The notes under the pieces are model-generated. The model searched no databases. It saw only the letters and a list, made by a program, of their open reading frames with translations, and had not been told where the DNA came from. Shown here piece by piece: positions 7,302 to 15,737 of a stretch of DNA of 32,000 nucleotides; the first letter of the stretch is position 1, and every line of letters starts with the position of its first letter. The stretch is taken from assembly GCA_942493095.1 (NCBI GenBank), contig OW818675.1, forward strand, positions 690,001 to 722,000, read 5' to 3'. Made by a program: the position numbers and the translations under genes. The stretch comes from Candidatus Electronema halotolerans (lineage in GTDB: Bacteria > Desulfobacterota > Desulfobulbia > Desulfobulbales > Desulfobulbaceae).

Positions 7302-7329
7302 AAACTTGTACAATAAACAGAACAAGTTT
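7302..7329 (+). promoter_or_regulatory. Putative yefM-yoeB operator palindrome with a TGTACA core
   Basis: Perfect 8-bp arms aaacttgt (7302-7309) and acaagttt (7322-7329), plus the self-complementary ttgtacaa (7306-7313), lie 20 nt upstream of the yefM ATG. TGTACA is the known core of E. coli YefM-YoeB operators. Confidence 0.5.
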
Positions 7330-7348
7330 AAAGAAGGGGGGGGTAATC

Positions 7349-7603
7349 ATGAAAGTGGTGAATTTCAGCGAAGCAAGAAACAACCTGAAAGCGGTGCTGG
7401 ACCGGGTCGCCGATGATGCTGATTACACAATCATATCAAGACGTGACAGAGAAGATGCCGTGGTCATGTCGCTGGATGCTTTCAACAGTCTGATGGAAAC
7501 CTTTCATCTGCTCAAAACCCCGGCAAACGCCGAACATCTGGCAAAATCCATCAGGCAGTATAAAAACGGCCAGATCAAGGAAAGAGAGCTGATCCGTGAA
7601 TAG
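7349..7603 (+). CDS. yefM: YefM antitoxin
   Basis: MKVVNFSEARNNLKAVLDRVADDADYTIISRRDREDAVVMSLDAFNSLMETFHLL is close to the canonical YefM sequence. Confidence 0.9.
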   Translation: MKVVNFSEARNNLKAVLDRVADDADYTIISRRDREDAVVMSLDAFNSLMETFHLLKTPANAEHLAKSIRQYKNGQIKERELIRE

Positions 7604-7856
7604 GCAGCTTGCTTGGACTGATGAAGCGTGGGACGATTATGTTTACTGGCAGTCTCAAGACAGAAAAACGCTGAAAAGAACCAATAAACTGATTGATGCG
7701 GTCAAGCGTGATCCGTTTATAGGTATTGGCAAACCAGAAGCGTTGAAGGAAAATTTATCTGGTTTCTGGTCTCGCAGGATTGATGAGGCAAACAGGCTGG
7801 TCTATGCTGTGACTGATCAGTATATCACCATTATTTCGTGTCGGTATCATTATTAG
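7596..7856 (+). CDS. yoeB: YoeB toxin
   Basis: ...WTDEAWDDYVYWQSQDRKTLKRTNKLIDAVKRDPFIGIGKPEALKENLSGFWSRRIDEANRLVY...RYHY is a canonical YoeB sequence. There is an 8-nt overlap with yefM. Confidence 0.9.
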   Translation: MNRQLAWTDEAWDDYVYWQSQDRKTLKRTNKLIDAVKRDPFIGIGKPEALKENLSGFWSRRIDEANRLVYAVTDQYITIISCRYHY

Positions 7857-7872
7857 CCTGCGCCTTATCGAA

Positions 7873-7996
7873 CTAAAGCAGATAAGCCCTTACGGATTCC
7901 CCGGCGTAACCTCGCGGCAATGGTGTCCGATCAGACACCTTGTCCAATATGCTCCTGAATGCGGTTCGGTCTGCATTTCTTGCCCGTTGCTCCAAA
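7873..7996 (-). pseudogene. Orphan 3' remnant of an RHH/HicB-like antitoxin gene (copy D, the most diverged)
   Basis: The minus strand reads ...PLEQRARNADRTAFRSILDKVSDRTPLP..., then a shifted tail. Upstream it is cut off by the inverted-repeat element at 7997. Confidence 0.65.
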
Positions 7997-8184
7997 GGTG
8001 AATTCAAGTTCCAAGTGCAACTTTTTTTTGGTTGCAAGAAAAGGCAGTTACGGGAGTGTCTCAACTTTGCTTTTGTCGCTAACTAAGAGAAAATAATTGA
8101 AAATTTACATGAAGTATTCAAAGTGCCAGCCAACCTATGCTTTTTGGATAACCAAAAAAAGTTGCACTTGCGAGTTGAATCCAC
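7997..8184. mobile_element. MITE-like element, about 188 bp, with ~36-bp imperfect terminal inverted repeats
   Basis: The left repeat ggtgaattcaagttccaagtgcaacttttttttggtt (7997-8033) pairs with the right repeat aaccaaaaaaagttgcacttgcgagttgaatccac (8150-8184) at about 85-90% complementarity. The interior is non-coding and AT-rich. No TSD was recognised. Confidence 0.55.
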
Positions 8185-8245
8185 ACCCTGCTTGCCATCA
8201 TCAGTTTTTTCGATGCGGTGAAATGACAGTGAAAGAATCAGACAC

Positions 8246-9295
8246 TTACTGCCTTTGATACCGCCGCACTGCCCGATTGTGCTCCTTCAAGGTGCGGGAG
8301 AACTGATGACTGCCGTCATTCTTGGAGACAAAATACAGGTAGGACACCTCTGCCGGGCGGAGGGCGGCTTCCAGAGCCGCTTGGCCCGGATTGCAGATTG
8401 GCCCCGGCGGCAGGCCGCTGATCGTGTAGGTGTTGTAGGGTGTGGCGGCCCGCAGGTCAGCTCTGGTCAGATTGCCGTTGAAATCCGGGATGCCGTAGAT
8501 GACGGTCGGGTCTGACTGGAGCCGCATCCCGCGCCGCAGCCGATTGTAAAAGACCCCGGCAATCAGCTCCCGCTCTCCGGCAGAGCCAGTTTCTTTTTCG
8601 ATGATCGAAGCCAAGGTGAGCAGCTCATGCTGGTTCAGGCGCAGGTCTGCCGGTTTTGCCAAGTTGTTCCAGACCGTGAAAAAACGGCGCGTCATCCTGC
8701 TGATCAGGCCGCGTTCATTGGTTTCGCCGCGCACTACAGAGTATGTTTCCGGGAAAAGATAGCCTTCGAGCGAATCCGCCTTGATGCCCAAGCTGCGGAT
8801 GAAGTCGTAGTCTTGGCAGAGCCGGAGAAAGACCGCTGCATCGGCCCAGCCATCCTTGGCAAAGATGGCTGCGATTTGGCGCATGGTCAGTCCTTCCGGG
8901 ATAGTGACCCAATGCTGCACGGTTTTGGCTTGATGAAGAAAACGGATCACTTGCAGCGGGGTCAGGCCGAGCGGCACTAAGAATTCTCCTGCCCGCAGGG
9001 TGGGCGGATCCTGCCGCTCAATTTCCCGCAGCAATCGCATCAGCACAAGGAAACGGAGATCATCGCGGATGACCCCTTTCTTGGCAAGCATGGTTTTAAT
9101 ATCCCGCACTCCTGCGCCCTTGGGAATGGCAACCAGCACCTCGCCGCTCCCTGCAACAGGACTGAAGACATACCAGGCCAACCAGCCGCAGGCGGACAGT
9201 CCGGCAATAAACAAGGTCAGAAAACTCAGAAAGAAAAAACGACGCATTGATCTGCGGAAAAAATAAGGGCGGAGCACGCTCCGCCCTCTCGGCAC
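8246..9295 (-). CDS. mltG: Endolytic murein transglycosylase MltG (YceG-like)
   Basis: An N-terminal TM helix is followed by ...LASIIEKETGSAGERELIAGVFYNRLRRGMRLQSDPTVIYG..., the YceG/MltG signature. An alternative start is the ATG at 9247. Confidence 0.85.
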   Translation of the reverse strand: MPRGRSVLRPYFFRRSMRRFFFLSFLTLFIAGLSACGWLAWYVFSPVAGSGEVLVAIPKGAGVRDIKTMLAKKGVIRDDLRFLVLMRLLREIERQDPPTLRAGEFLVPLGLTPLQVIRFLHQAKTVQHWVTIPEGLTMRQIAAIFAKDGWADAAVFLRLCQDYDFIRSLGIKADSLEGYLFPETYSVVRGETNERGLISRMTRRFFTVWNNLAKPADLRLNQHELLTLASIIEKETGSAGERELIAGVFYNRLRRGMRLQSDPTVIYGIPDFNGNLTRADLRAATPYNTYTISGLPPGPICNPGQAALEAALRPAEVSYLYFVSKNDGSHQFSRTLKEHNRAVRRYQRQ

Positions 9296-9297
9296 GC

Positions 9298-11721
9298 TTA
9301 TTCCTTTTTCTGCTCCGGCGGCTTCTTCAAGCTGCCCAAAGTCAGAGCCAGCACCTCGTCCATGTGCTTGACTGGATGGAAGGTGAGCTTGCCGCGCATC
9401 TCTGCCGGGATTTCCACCAAATCCTTTTCATTGTCCTTGGGAATGATGACATGGGTGATCCCGACCCGCAGCGCGGCCAAGGCCTTTTCCTTGAGACCGC
9501 CAATAGGCAGGACCCGTCCGCGCAGGGTCACTTCGCCAGTCATGGCAATGCCCTTTTTCACGCTCTGGCCAGTGATGGCCGAGCAGAGGGCCACGGTCAT
9601 GGTGATGCCTGCGGACGGCCCGTCCTTGGGAATGGCTCCGGCAGGAAAATGGATATGAATGTCATGGCTGTCAAAATAGCTGGCATCAACGCCCAGCTCA
9701 TTGCTCCGGCCCCGGCAGTAGGTCAGGGCGGCCTGCGCTGATTCCTTCATCACCTCGCCCAGCTTGCCGGTGAGGATCAGCTTGCCCTTGCCCGGCACAA
9801 TCGAGGTTTCAATGTGCAGGAGCACCCCGCCCACCGAAGTCCAGGCCAGGCCGACAGCCAAGCCTGGCTGGGCCAAGGTGTCTAATTCCGCATCAGGCAG
9901 GTATTTGGGCGGGCCAAGATATTTCTCGACCGTGTTTTTGGAGATGGTGTATGGCCCCTTGCCGCCCTCGGCGATCTTGCGGGCCAGCTTGCGGCAGATC
10001 CGGCCCAGCTCCCGCTCCAGATTGCGGACACCGGCCTCCTCAGTGTAGTGGGTGATGATCAGGTCAATGATCTCATCCTCCATCTTGACCTGCCTGAGCT
10101 TGAGGCCGTTCTCCTCAGCCTGCCGGGGCAGAAGATAGGTGCGGGCAATGACCCTTTTCTCCTCCTGAGTGTAGCCGGCAATGTTGATCACCTCCATCCG
10201 ATCCATGAGCGGGCTGGGGATGGTGTCGGTGCGGTTGGCTGTGGTGATGAACATGACCTTGGACAGATCAAAAGGCATGTTCAAATAATGATCCGAGAAG
10301 GTGTTGTTCTGCTCAGGATCAAGCACTTCCAGCAGGGCTGAGGAAGGATCGCCCCGGTAATCAGAGCCGATCTTGTCGATCTCATCCATCATAAAGACCG
10401 GATTGCAGGTGCCTGCGCTCTTCAGCCCTTGCAGGATGCGGCCTGGCATGGCCCCGATGTAGGTGCGGCGATGGCCGCGAATCTCGGCCTCATCGTGCAT
10501 GCCGCCCAAAGAGAGCCGGTAGAACTTGCGGCCCATAGCCCGGGCCACAGCCCGGCCCAGCGAGGTCTTGCCCACGCCCGGCGGGCCGACAAAGCAGAGA
10601 ATCGGCCCCTTGGTGCTGCTGTTCAGCTTGCGCACGGCAAGAAATTCAAGGATGCGCTCCTTGACCTTTTCCAAGCCGTAATGATCTTCGTCCAAAACCT
10701 TTGCCGCCTTGATCAGATCCAGCAGGTCTTTGGAGATTTTCTTCCACGGCAGCTCAATGATCCACTCAATATAGGTGCGGATGATGTTGGCCTCGGATGC
10801 GTCCGGGTGCATCATCTCCAGCCGCTTCAGCTCCTTGAGAGCCTCCTTGCGGGCATACTTGGGCAGCTTCTTTTTGCCGATCTTCTTTTGCAGCTCCTCA
10901 ATGTCCTCAGTGTAGGAGTCGTCATCGCCCAGCTCCTTTTTCAGAGCCTGCATCTGCTCGCGGAGGAAATACTCCCGCTGGGACTTTGACATCTCCTCTT
11001 TGGCATCAGACTGGATTTTCGCCTGCACCGCCGCCACTTCCAGCTCCTTGTTGAGCAGATTGGCGACCAAGCGCAGCCGCTCAATCGGATCAGCTGTCTC
11101 CAGTATTTTCTGGGACTCAGCCACCTTGAGGCGGAGATTGGAGCCGACCAGATCAGCCAGACGGCCCGGCTCCTCAATGCTGTTGATGATGCCCATCAGG
11201 TCAGCAGAGAGAATGCCGCGCAGGGACATGATCTTCTCGGTCTGCTCCCGCACCAAGCGCATCAGGGCTTCAACTTCCACAGTGATCTCGCCGGTCTCCT
11301 CCTCCTCAACCAAGCTGATGCTGACCCGGAAATGCGGGTCCTCCTGCTTGTATTCAGTGATCTTGGCCTTGGACAGCGCCTGGACCAGCACTTTCAGCCT
11401 GCCGTCGGGCAGCTTGAGGCTGCGCATGACCATGACCACCATGCCGGTCTCGTACAAATCCTCCGGTACTGGCTTGTCGCTGGATGCCTCCTTCTGCGTG
11501 ACCAGCATCAGCATCTTGTCGCCGTTCATGGCCTCGTTGACCGCAGATACTGAGCTGGGCCGACCCACAAACAGCGGCAGGATCATGTAGTTGAAGACCA
11601 CCACATCCCGGACCGCCATCATGGGCAGCTCTTCCGGGATGTCCGCGTCCTGAACGTTTTCAGCAAAATCGTCCATGCTGCTGGACAATGAATCGTCACT
11701 CTGCAATTTTTCCTCCTGCAA
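9298..11721 (-). CDS. lon: ATP-dependent Lon protease
   Basis: Contains a LON N-domain, Walker A GPPGVGKTS, and the protease motif PKDGPSAGITM with the catalytic Ser. The start is uncertain: the track start at 11721 is a TTG, and the alternatives are TTG at 11706 and ATG at 11676. Confidence 0.95.
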   Translation of the reverse strand: MQEEKLQSDDSLSSSMDDFAENVQDADIPEELPMMAVRDVVVFNYMILPLFVGRPSSVSAVNEAMNGDKMLMLVTQKEASSDKPVPEDLYETGMVVMVMRSLKLPDGRLKVLVQALSKAKITEYKQEDPHFRVSISLVEEEETGEITVEVEALMRLVREQTEKIMSLRGILSADLMGIINSIEEPGRLADLVGSNLRLKVAESQKILETADPIERLRLVANLLNKELEVAAVQAKIQSDAKEEMSKSQREYFLREQMQALKKELGDDDSYTEDIEELQKKIGKKKLPKYARKEALKELKRLEMMHPDASEANIIRTYIEWIIELPWKKISKDLLDLIKAAKVLDEDHYGLEKVKERILEFLAVRKLNSSTKGPILCFVGPPGVGKTSLGRAVARAMGRKFYRLSLGGMHDEAEIRGHRRTYIGAMPGRILQGLKSAGTCNPVFMMDEIDKIGSDYRGDPSSALLEVLDPEQNNTFSDHYLNMPFDLSKVMFITTANRTDTIPSPLMDRMEVINIAGYTQEEKRVIARTYLLPRQAEENGLKLRQVKMEDEIIDLIITHYTEEAGVRNLERELGRICRKLARKIAEGGKGPYTISKNTVEKYLGPPKYLPDAELDTLAQPGLAVGLAWTSVGGVLLHIETSIVPGKGKLILTGKLGEVMKESAQAALTYCRGRSNELGVDASYFDSHDIHIHFPAGAIPKDGPSAGITMTVALCSAITGQSVKKGIAMTGEVTLRGRVLPIGGLKEKALAALRVGITHVIIPKDNEKDLVEIPAEMRGKLTFHPVKHMDEVLALTLGSLKKPPEQKKE

Positions 11722-11891
11722 TCAGGAAATTATCAGCTCTGCTCCTCTTCCGGCCACTCTTGGGCAACATTCTGCCGCATCTATGGTTGAAAGAAAGTAA
11801 ACATAACCTTATAGTAAGTCAAGCCGAGGGCGCGGCCAGAAGTGAAAAAACATTGCCTGCGCCCTTTTCCCGTTGACCGCAGAGGTGCCAG

Positions 11892-12692
11892 ATGCTTTCC
11901 ACCCCTTCTTTTTTTGCGCTGCATGATTTTTCTCATCAGGCCGTGTTTCAGGACACTGTTCATGTCTGGGACGCGCTCAAGAACCTGAAAGCCTACATGC
12001 ACGGACTGCCCTGCCCGCTGCTCCGCCATCCCCGGCTGCAAGACGGCGTGCCGCTGCCCTGCCATCTGATTTTGCACGAAGGTGAGCTGCGGGAGGCTGC
12101 GGACTGTGAGATCACGTGGGGCGATGCGACTAAAGGTGAGCTGCGGGTGACGTGCAGCGGCCAGGAACTGACTGGAGCTTCAGTCATTATGGCCGGGGCC
12201 GTGCTGATGGGCGCGGGCATCCAGCTTGGCAAGGGGGTGCTGATCGAGTCCGGCGCGCTGATCAAAGGGCCAGCCGTGCTGGGAGACTACACCGAGGTGC
12301 GGCAAGGCGCGTACCTGCGCGGCCACTGTCTGACCGGTAAAAGTTGCGTCCTTGGTCATGCCACTGAGGTCAAGCATTCAATCTTTCTTAACGATGCCAA
12401 GGCAGGCCATTTCGCCTATCTGGGCGATTCCATTCTCGGCAGCGCGGCCAATCTCGGCGCAGGGACCAAGTTCGCCAATCTCCGCTTTCTGCCCGGCAAT
12501 GTCCCGGTGCGCACGGCAAAGGGCCTGATTGACAGCGGCCTGCGCAAGTTCGGGGCCATCCTCGGCGACCGGGCGCAGACCGGCTGCAACTCTGTCACCA
12601 ATCCCGGCATCCTGCTCGGCCCGGACAGCCTCCTCCTGCCCAACACCACCGCCCCTTCAGGGTATCATCCGCCAAAGTCCATGCTGCGCTGA
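11892..12692 (+). CDS. Left-handed beta-helix (hexapeptide-repeat) transferase-like protein
   Basis: Repeated [LIV]-G-x-x-x-x hexapeptides (VLIESGALIKGPAVLGDYTEVRQGAYLRGHCLTGKSCVLGHATEVKHSIFLNDAKAGHFAYLGDSILG) resemble the GlmU C-terminal acetyltransferase domain. Confidence 0.6.
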   Translation: MLSTPSFFALHDFSHQAVFQDTVHVWDALKNLKAYMHGLPCPLLRHPRLQDGVPLPCHLILHEGELREAADCEITWGDATKGELRVTCSGQELTGASVIMAGAVLMGAGIQLGKGVLIESGALIKGPAVLGDYTEVRQGAYLRGHCLTGKSCVLGHATEVKHSIFLNDAKAGHFAYLGDSILGSAANLGAGTKFANLRFLPGNVPVRTAKGLIDSGLRKFGAILGDRAQTGCNSVTNPGILLGPDSLLLPNTTAPSGYHPPKSMLR

Positions 12693-12962
12693 GACTGCAA
12701 CGCAAGGGAGGAAATATGGCTATTCTGCTGCTCAAAATGCGCTCTGGCATAATTTTTCCTCCAAGACCTGTAAAGGGCGGACACACGGCAAACGCATGAC
12801 TTTTGCTGTGAATTCAGCATAATATTACTGCCGCGTTATCGCGACTGAGGAGCGGAATTTTATTTGTGCAATTGTCAAGCACAAAAGTATCGAAGAAGTG
12901 CCATAAGACAAGATTGCCTAATCTGGGCACAAAAAACGCTTGACTTGTAACTGGCTGATTTA

Positions 12963-15569
12963 TTATGGACAAGTCATGTGTTTGCCCTGCCCAAACACCA
13001 GCCCCTTCTCCCTCTGATCAATCACAATCCGGTCGCCCTCACTGAACCTTCCTTCCAGCAATTCCAAAGCCAACGGATCTTCAATCTGCCGCTGAATGGC
13101 CCGCTTCAAGGGTCGGGCACCGTAAGTCGGGTCATAGCCGCTTTCCACCAAGAAGAGCTTGGCCGCCTCGGTCAATTCGACAGAGAGCTTTCGTTCGGCA
13201 AGACGTTTCGCCATCCTTGCAATCTGGATATCGACAATCTGGAGCAAGTCCTCGCGGCTCAGGCCGTGGAAAGTGATGATCTCATCAACCCGGTTGAGGA
13301 ATTCGGGGCGGAACTGCCGATGCAGCAGTTCATCGACCTGCCGCCGCATGGCCTCCGGGTCGCTCTGGCCCAGCTCCATGATCACGTGACTGCCAAGGTT
13401 GGAGGTCATGATCATGATGGTGTTTTTGAACGAAACCGTCCGGCCCTTGCCGTCAGTCATCCGTCCGTCGTCCAGCACTTGGAGAAGGACATTGAACACA
13501 TCCGGGTGCGCCTTTTCAATCTCATCCAAGAGAATGACCGAATAAGGCCGCCGCCGCACTGCCTCGGTGAGCATTCCGCCTTCGTCATAGCCGACATAGC
13601 CTGGAGGCGCGCCGATCAGCCGGGCCACAGAGTGCTTCTCCATGTATTCCGACATGTCAATGCGGATCATGGCCTGCTCGGAATCAAAGAGGAAATCCGC
13701 CAGACTGCGGGCCAGCTCGGTCTTGCCGACACCGGTCGGGCCAAGGAAGATGAAGGAGCCGAGCGGCCTGTCCGGGTCTTGCAAGCCCGCTCTGGCCCGG
13801 CGCACCGCGTTGGCAACCGAGACAATGGCCTCTTTCTGGCCAATCACCCGCCGGGCCAGCTGCTCCTCGGCATGAACCAGCTTCTCCTTTTCGCCTTCCA
13901 GCAGCCTGTCCACCGGCACGCCCGTCCACTTGGCGACCACTGCGGCCACGTCCTCCGCGCTGACCTCCTCCTTGAGCATCTGGTGATCCTGCTGCACCTC
14001 GGCCAGCTTGCGGTTCTCCGCCTCCATCTCCTTTTCCAGAGTGACAATCCGGCCATAGCGGATCTCCGCCACCTTGCTCAAGTCACCGGCCCGCTCTGCC
14101 CGCTGCTCCTCGCTGCGGGCCTCGTCAATCTTGGTCTTGATCGCCCCGATGCGCTGGATGACATCTTTCTCAAGCTGCCACTGCGCTTTCATTCCATCAA
14201 GCCGCTCGTTCAGCTCGGCCAAATCCTTCCGCACTCGCTCCAGCTGCTCCTGCGAGGCCTTATCCTTCTCCTTTTTCAGAGCCTCCTGCTCAATCTCCAT
14301 CTTGATCCGTTTGCGGTCCAGCTCGTCAATCTCGGTCGGCATGGAGTCAATCTCAATGCGCAGCTTGGAGGCCGCTTCATCAATCAGATCAATGGCCTTG
14401 TCCGGCAGGAAGCGGTCGCTGATGTAGCGGTTGGAAAGGACAACCGCCGCCACGGTGGCCGCATCCTGAATGCGCACGCCGTGATGGACCTCGTATTTCT
14501 CCTTGATGCCGCGCAGGATGGCGATAGTGTCCTCCTCACTCGGCTCCTGCACCAAAACCGGCTGGAAACGGCGTTCCAAGGCCGCGTCTTTCTCAATGTA
14601 TTTGCGGTATTCGTCCAAAGTGGTCGCGCCGACGCAGTGCAGCTCACCCCGCGCCAGAGCAGGCTTGAGCATGTTGGAGGCATCCATCGAGCCTTCTGCC
14701 GCGCCCGCGCCGACCAAGGTATGAATTTCATCAATAAAGAGAATCACCTCGCCCGCCTTCTTCTCCACCTCTTTCAGCACCGCCTTGAGCCGGTCTTCAA
14801 ACTCGCCCCGGTACTTGGCACCCGCAATGAGCAGGCCAAGATCAAGAGCAATGACCTGCTTGCCGCGCAAAGTGGCCGGAATGTCGCCGTTGACAATGCG
14901 CTGGGCCAGCCCCTCAACTATCGCGGTCTTGCCCACGCCCGGCTCGCCGATCAGCACGGGGTTGTTCTTGGTGCGGCGGCTGAGAACCTGAATGATCCGG
15001 CGCACCTCCTCATCCCGGCCAATGACTGGATCGAGCTTGCCACGCCGGGCAACATCGGTCAAGTTGCGGGCGTACTTCTCCAAGGCTTGGTACTTATCTT
15101 CCGGGTAGGGGTCAGTGACGCGCTGGTTGCCGCGAATGCTGGTCAATGCTTGCAGGAATTTGTCCGCCGTGATACCAAGCCGGGCGAGCATTTTGGCGAC
15201 TGCAAGGTGACCGCTCTTGAGCACCGCCAAGAACAGGTGCTCCTGACTGACATAGTCATCCTGCATGGCCGCCGCCTCTTTAAAGGCCTGGTCAAGCACT
15301 TTGCGGAAATCATTGGACGGATAGACTTGGCCCGCGCCGGAGCCGCTGACCTTGGGCAGCTTGGCCAAGAGCTGGTTGATTTCAGCCAGCACCGCAGCCG
15401 GGTTTGCGCCTAATTTCTGCAAGACCGGCACAGCCACGCCTTCGGGCTGCTCCAGAACCGCTTTCAGCAGGTGTTCAGGCTGAATTTCCGGGCTGCCAAA
15501 CTGCTCGGCCAGAGCGACAGCGGCCTGCACCGCTTCCTGCGATTTGACAGTGAATTTGTCGAGTTTCAT
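12963..15569 (-). CDS. clpB: Chaperone/disaggregase ClpB
   Basis: Two AAA+ modules (GEPGVGKTA and GPTGVGKTE Walker A motifs), a long coiled-coil M-domain between them, and an N-terminal Clp repeat domain. Confidence 0.95.
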   Translation of the reverse strand: MKLDKFTVKSQEAVQAAVALAEQFGSPEIQPEHLLKAVLEQPEGVAVPVLQKLGANPAAVLAEINQLLAKLPKVSGSGAGQVYPSNDFRKVLDQAFKEAAAMQDDYVSQEHLFLAVLKSGHLAVAKMLARLGITADKFLQALTSIRGNQRVTDPYPEDKYQALEKYARNLTDVARRGKLDPVIGRDEEVRRIIQVLSRRTKNNPVLIGEPGVGKTAIVEGLAQRIVNGDIPATLRGKQVIALDLGLLIAGAKYRGEFEDRLKAVLKEVEKKAGEVILFIDEIHTLVGAGAAEGSMDASNMLKPALARGELHCVGATTLDEYRKYIEKDAALERRFQPVLVQEPSEEDTIAILRGIKEKYEVHHGVRIQDAATVAAVVLSNRYISDRFLPDKAIDLIDEAASKLRIEIDSMPTEIDELDRKRIKMEIEQEALKKEKDKASQEQLERVRKDLAELNERLDGMKAQWQLEKDVIQRIGAIKTKIDEARSEEQRAERAGDLSKVAEIRYGRIVTLEKEMEAENRKLAEVQQDHQMLKEEVSAEDVAAVVAKWTGVPVDRLLEGEKEKLVHAEEQLARRVIGQKEAIVSVANAVRRARAGLQDPDRPLGSFIFLGPTGVGKTELARSLADFLFDSEQAMIRIDMSEYMEKHSVARLIGAPPGYVGYDEGGMLTEAVRRRPYSVILLDEIEKAHPDVFNVLLQVLDDGRMTDGKGRTVSFKNTIMIMTSNLGSHVIMELGQSDPEAMRRQVDELLHRQFRPEFLNRVDEIITFHGLSREDLLQIVDIQIARMAKRLAERKLSVELTEAAKLFLVESGYDPTYGARPLKRAIQRQIEDPLALELLEGRFSEGDRIVIDQREKGLVFGQGKHMTCP

Positions 15570-15664
15570 GGCTTCCTCCGCATGGTTTCTTTACGGGAGA
15601 AAGTACGTATGATTGGCGGTTTGTCAAGGCGATGGCGGGCCATGATCGCCATGAGATGGCATTT

Positions 15665-15708
15665 GAAAAAAACAGCGGGCCAGAAGAGGCAATCCCCTCT
15701 TCCGGCCC
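15665..15708 (-). terminator. Rho-independent terminator downstream of fhs
   Basis: The minus strand reads gggccggaagagg-ggattg-cctcttctggccc (13-bp stem with one G-U pair), followed by gctgttttttt. Confidence 0.7.
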
Positions 15709-15737
15709 GTTCAGCACAGCCTGATACAGCAGCGGCT

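Noticed and set aside
7336-7343. G8 homopolymer in the yefM ribosome-binding region as a phase-variation switch
   Set aside because: It may simply be the SD (GGGGGG). There is no evidence of length variation from a single sequence, and TA operons are not known to be phase-variable in this way.
4135-7985. The idea that the four ~85-nt modules are integron attC sites separating TA cassettes
   Set aside because: No integrase or attI is present in the window. The modules are the in-frame 3' ends of an antitoxin gene family. I could not find the R''/L''-L'/R' architecture with GTTRRRY cores. The repeats are also not positioned between every cassette.
12978-15413. 811-aa ORF on the plus strand
   Set aside because: It is entirely antisense to clpB, has a low-complexity, Leu/Arg/Gly-rich composition and carries no recognisable motifs. 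This is a typical shadow ORF of a GC-rich gene.
15570-15737. Heat-shock (sigma-32 or CIRCE) control element upstream of clpB, and similarly upstream of lon at 11722-11891
   Set aside because: CTTGACA-like -35 boxes exist (for example cgccttgacaaacc), but no convincing CCCCATNT -10 lies at the right spacing and there is no CIRCE inverted repeat. They were left unannotated.
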